Positions 60,225 to 64,000 of a stretch of 64,000 nucleotides of DNA are shown piece by piece. Below the pieces are notes generated by a model. The model did not search any database. It was not told the DNA's origin and saw only the letters and a list, made by a program, of their open reading frames with translations. The stretch's first letter is position 1. Each line of letters starts with the position of its first letter. The position numbers and the translations under genes are program-made. The DNA is from Anaeramoeba ignava BMAN (lineage: Eukaryota; Protista; Anaeramoebae), in assembly GCA_028826165.1 (NCBI GenBank), contig JAPDFW010000070.1:620001-684000 (forward strand). Reading direction: 5' to 3'.

Positions 60225-60910
60225 CCTTTTTATTATTTTTTTAATTAAAATTTAATATAAGTATTATTTCCTTATTTTTAAATATAATTATTAAATAATT
60301 TATTTATATTTTATTTATAAAATGTATTTATAAATAATTCTAAATTGATTAATAAATAATTTATTATTTACTTTATTTTTATTTTTTTAATTAAAATTTA
60401 ATATAAGTATTATTTCTATATTTTTAAATATAATTATTAAATAATTTATTTATATTTTATTTATAAAATGTATTTATAAATAATTTAAAATTGATTAATT
60501 AATAATTTATTATTTATTTTATTTTTATTTTTAATTAAAATTTAATATAAGTATTATTTCTTTATTTTTAAATATAATTATTAAATAATTTATTTATATT
60601 TTATTTATAAAATGTATTTATAAATAATTCTAAATTGATTAATAAATAATTTATTATTTATTTTATTTCTATTTTTTTAATTAAAATTTAATATAAGTAT
60701 TATTTCTTTATTTTTAAATATAATTATTAAATAATTTATTTATATTTTATTTATAAAATGTATTTATAGATAATTTCAAATTGATTAATAAATAATTTAT
60801 TATTTATTTTATTTTTATTTTTTTAATTAAAATTTAATATAAGTATTATTTCTATATTTTTAAATATAATTATTAAATAATTTACTTATATTTTATTTAT
60901 AAAATGTATA
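60225..60910. repeat. Tandem repeat, ~146-bp unit, about 4.5-5 copies
   Basis: GTATTATTTC recurs at ~60261, 60407, 60551, 60697 and 60843. Confidence 0.9.
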
Positions 60911-60932
60911 TACTCTCATATTTTGAATTTTT

Positions 60933-61862
60933 TTAATTTTTTGTATTTTTTATTAAATTTTCCAATTTCTCAATTTCTTTTTTTTCTTTTAGAACTTCTT
61001 TATCATATTCATTCTCTTTTTCAAACATTCTCATTTCATTTAATAATTGATTATTTTCAATTTCAATCTTTTTAATTTCATATTCAATTTTTTCTTTTTC
61101 TAAAATTAATTCATTTTCTTTTTTCGAATTATTTCTGATTTGATTTGAAAAATTATGGATTAGTTCTTCATTTTTTATTACATGAATTTGTAAAAAATTC
61201 CAAATTGAATTTAATTTTTTTTCTTCTTCAATTAAATTGGAAGATCTAAGAACAATTTCATTTAGTAAATCCATTAAAATTTCAACTTTTTTATTATTTC
61301 CTTCAATAAGAATGTTTTGATTTTGTAAAATTTCATTCATTTCTTTTGTTTTTTTTTGAAAATGATTTCTTTTCATTTTTTCTTCAATAAATTCCAAATT
61401 TTGAGTTAAAATTTTGGAATTAATTTGTTTGATTTGTTGATATTTTTGTTCCACATTTTTTTGCTCAATTTCCATTTCTTCTTTATAATTTTTGTTTAAT
61501 TGATCAAATTTTGAGATCATTTTATTTTCTTCACTTTTTATTGTTGGTTCAATTGTTTTTATTTTTTGTGTTTCAAGTTCTTTTTCATAAATTAATTGAT
61601 TGTTTTTTCTCTTCAATATTTGATTTATTTTCAATTCTTTTTCATATAAAATTTGTAAAATTTTTGCTTTTTCAATAATTTCTTGAATATTTATTTTTAA
61701 ATTTTGAAAAGAACTTTTTTCAATTTCCATTTTTTTTGATTTGATTTGATTTGAAAAAAAAAGTGGATCTTCTCTTTCTTCAAAAAAAATATTATTTTGA
61801 ATTTTTCTTTTTTTAAATGATCTCATGTTTTCTGGCGATTTTTCTTTTCTTTTCATTTTCAT
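60933..61862 (-). CDS. Hypothetical coiled-coil protein
   Basis: 309-aa E/K/N/I/Q-rich open frame with an NLS-like KRKEK/KKRK N-terminus. The start is ambiguous because it sits in an (ATGAAAA)n tract. Confidence 0.6.
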   Translation of the reverse strand: MKMKRKEKSPENMRSFKKRKIQNNIFFEEREDPLFFSNQIKSKKMEIEKSSFQNLKINIQEIIEKAKILQILYEKELKINQILKRKNNQLIYEKELETQKIKTIEPTIKSEENKMISKFDQLNKNYKEEMEIEQKNVEQKYQQIKQINSKILTQNLEFIEEKMKRNHFQKKTKEMNEILQNQNILIEGNNKKVEILMDLLNEIVLRSSNLIEEEKKLNSIWNFLQIHVIKNEELIHNFSNQIRNNSKKENELILEKEKIEYEIKKIEIENNQLLNEMRMFEKENEYDKEVLKEKKEIEKLENLIKNTKN

Positions 61863-61928
61863 TTTTCATTTTTCATTTTTCATTTTTCATTTTTCATTTT
61901 TCATTTTTCATTTTTCATTTTTCATTTC
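61855..61928 (+). promoter_or_regulatory. Multimerised TCATTTT initiator-like tract immediately upstream of Pelota
   Basis: About ten (TTTTTCA) units end a few nt before ATG 61932. The same motif appears on the sense strand upstream of most genes in the window. Confidence 0.5.
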
Positions 61929-61931
61929 AAA

Positions 61932-63788
61932 ATGAAAATTATATCAAAATCAATTTCAAAAGATAAATCAGGAGCATTTACATTAGTAGCTCAAGACTCA
62001 GAAGATATTTGGCATATTTATAATTTAATTGCCATTGGAGATATTATTTCTTCTAAAACTATGAGGAGAATAAAACGAGAAACATCAGGTGGAACAGTTA
62101 CATCTCGAAAAACAATGGTTTTGTCAATCTCTGTCACTGACGTTTCTGTTGATTTAGAAACTTCCACAATAAGATTAAATGGGAAAACTACAAGTGATTC
62201 GCAATATGTGAAAGTGAGTAAAATATCTCACTATTAAATCTTGTTTCTTCTTACAAACAACAAATATTAATTTTAATTTTAATTTTATAAATGAATTTTA
62301 ATATTAATTTTAATTTTAATTTTAATTTTAATTTTATAAATGAATTTTAATTTTGATTTTAATTTTAATTTTAATTTTAATTTTAATTTTAATATTGATT
62401 TTGATATTAATTTTAATTTTAATTTTATAAATGAATTTTGATTTTGATTTTAATTTTAATTTTAAATTTTAATTTTAATATTATAAATGAATTTTGATTT
62501 TGATTTTAATTTTAATTTTAATTTTAATTTTGATTTTGATTTTAATTTTATAAATAATTTTAATCTTAATTTTATTATATTAAATAGATGGGACAATTCC
62601 ATACAATTGTGCTTGAATTAAACAGAAAATTCACAATTCATAAAGATATTTGGGATAGTGTTTCTCTCAACAGAGTCAAGGAATCATCAGAATTAACAGA
62701 AACGGCAAAAAATGCTGTTGTTGTAATGCACGAGGGATTATCCCACATTTGTTTAGTTACACAAAATTTAACATTAGTCAAACAGAAGTTTGTTAAACCA
62801 AATTCTGAATAATTGCTCATTTAAATTTTTTCTTCCTAAATTGTTTCTTTTATTTTCTTTGTTCAATTTACAGAATCGAGCGCAACATCCCAAAAAAACG
62901 GAATTTAGGCATTTCGAAAAGGGAAGATGCATTAAAAGATTTTTTCGAAATGATTTTTGATGGGATCAAGAAGAATATTAGCATCGAAAATGTGAATTGG
63001 ATTATAATTGCTAGTCCCGGATTTCTTAAGAACGATTTTTTCGAATACATAAAAGGAGAATTAACAAAACCTGAAAACAAATTGATTTCAGATAATATGG
63101 GGAAAATTATACTTGCTCATTGTTCTTCAGGATACAAGTAAGGAAACCAATTTCCAAAACACAGATTTCTTTTTGATTAAAAATTTTTTTGCTTTTTTTT
63201 TTAAGGCAAGCAATCAATGAAGTAATTTCGGATCCAGAAGTTTCATCAAAATTATCCAACACAAAAGCTGTTTCTGATACTTCTGTTCTTGATGAATTTC
63301 TTCGTTTACTTGAAACAGACACAGATAAAGCTGTTTATGGATTTAAAATGGTTGAAAAAGCTATTGAACTTCAAGCACTCGAAAAATTACTTATTACAGA
63401 CAGTAAATTCCGTTCTTTAAAATTGAAAGAAAGACAAGATTATGTTCGATTAGTTGATGAAGCAAAAAAAAGAGGAATTCAAATTTTCCATTTTTCTTCA
63501 AAACATTTAAGTGGTGAAAGATTGGATAGTTTGACTGGAATTGCTGGAGTTCTTCGTTATCCAATTCCTGATTTAGAAGAGATGTGTGAAGAAGATGAAA
63601 ATGAAAATGAAAATGAAAATGAAAAACAAAATGAAAATCAAAATGAAAATCAAAATGAAAATGAAAATCAAAATCAAAATCAAAATCAAAATCAAAATCA
63701 AAATCAAATTTATAATGATAATGATAATCAAAATGATATTCAAATTGATAATGATGAAAGTTATAGTGATAATGATAATTATTTTTAA
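61932..63788 (+). CDS. PELO: Pelota/Dom34 ribosome-rescue factor
   Basis: Exons 61932-62213, 62588-62787, 62874-63137, 63206-63788. Motifs SEDIWHIYNLIAIGD, YVKMGQFHTIVLELNR, IIASPGFLK, HCSSGYK, KAVYG and HLSGERLDSLTGIAGVLRYPIPDL. Confidence 0.96.
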
Positions 63789-64000
63789 TAATTTCTTTTT
63801 AAAATTTTAATAAATAAATAAATAAATTTTCTTTCTTTTTAAAAAATAAAAATTAGTTTTGTTTTGTTTTGTTTCGTTTCATTGATTTTCCAAAATTTCA
63901 AAAAAATTGTTGTTTTTTTTTTGATTTGAGTCAATCTTCCAAAAAAAAAAAAGTAACAAAAAAAAAAGTAGAATGAAAAAAAAAAGTAAAGTAAAGTAAA

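Noticed and set aside
37959-63788. Functional cluster of RNA/translation genes (DTWD2, DDX1, RPS26, tRNA, Pelota)
   Set aside because: Common housekeeping classes interspersed with unrelated genes, with no evidence of co-regulation.

Overview
A very AT-rich, intron-containing eukaryotic (protist) nuclear region using the standard code and GT-AG introns. The poly-QN tracts, BTB-TLDc gene and TCAYT initiator-like motifs suggest a metamonad such as Anaeramoeba, which is inference only. After splicing by eye there are about 16 protein genes: a giant intronless tandem-C2 protein (at least 17 C2 units, 5' end outside the window), kish/TMEM167, an AGFG-type ArfGAP, a double DH-PH RhoGEF, a SAP/F-box/XPA-like protein hidden across two ORFs, a G-alpha, an orphan, a divergent E2F/DP-like winged-helix protein, BTB-BACK-TLDc, DTWD2, DDX1, a double-DUF4615 (C8orf33-like) gene, RPS26, a USP9X/24/34-like deubiquitinase, a coiled-coil ORF and Pelota. 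There is also a tRNA-Ile(AAT) between two tandem arrays. Almost every long intron and intergenic gap is filled with its own private mini/microsatellite. The best leads are the giant C2 array with a homogenisation gradient, the SAP-F-box-XPA-like fusion, the strand-specific multimerised TCATTTT initiator-like element and the divergent E2F-like factor. Several 1-2 nt frameshifts are probably assembly errors but need read checks.
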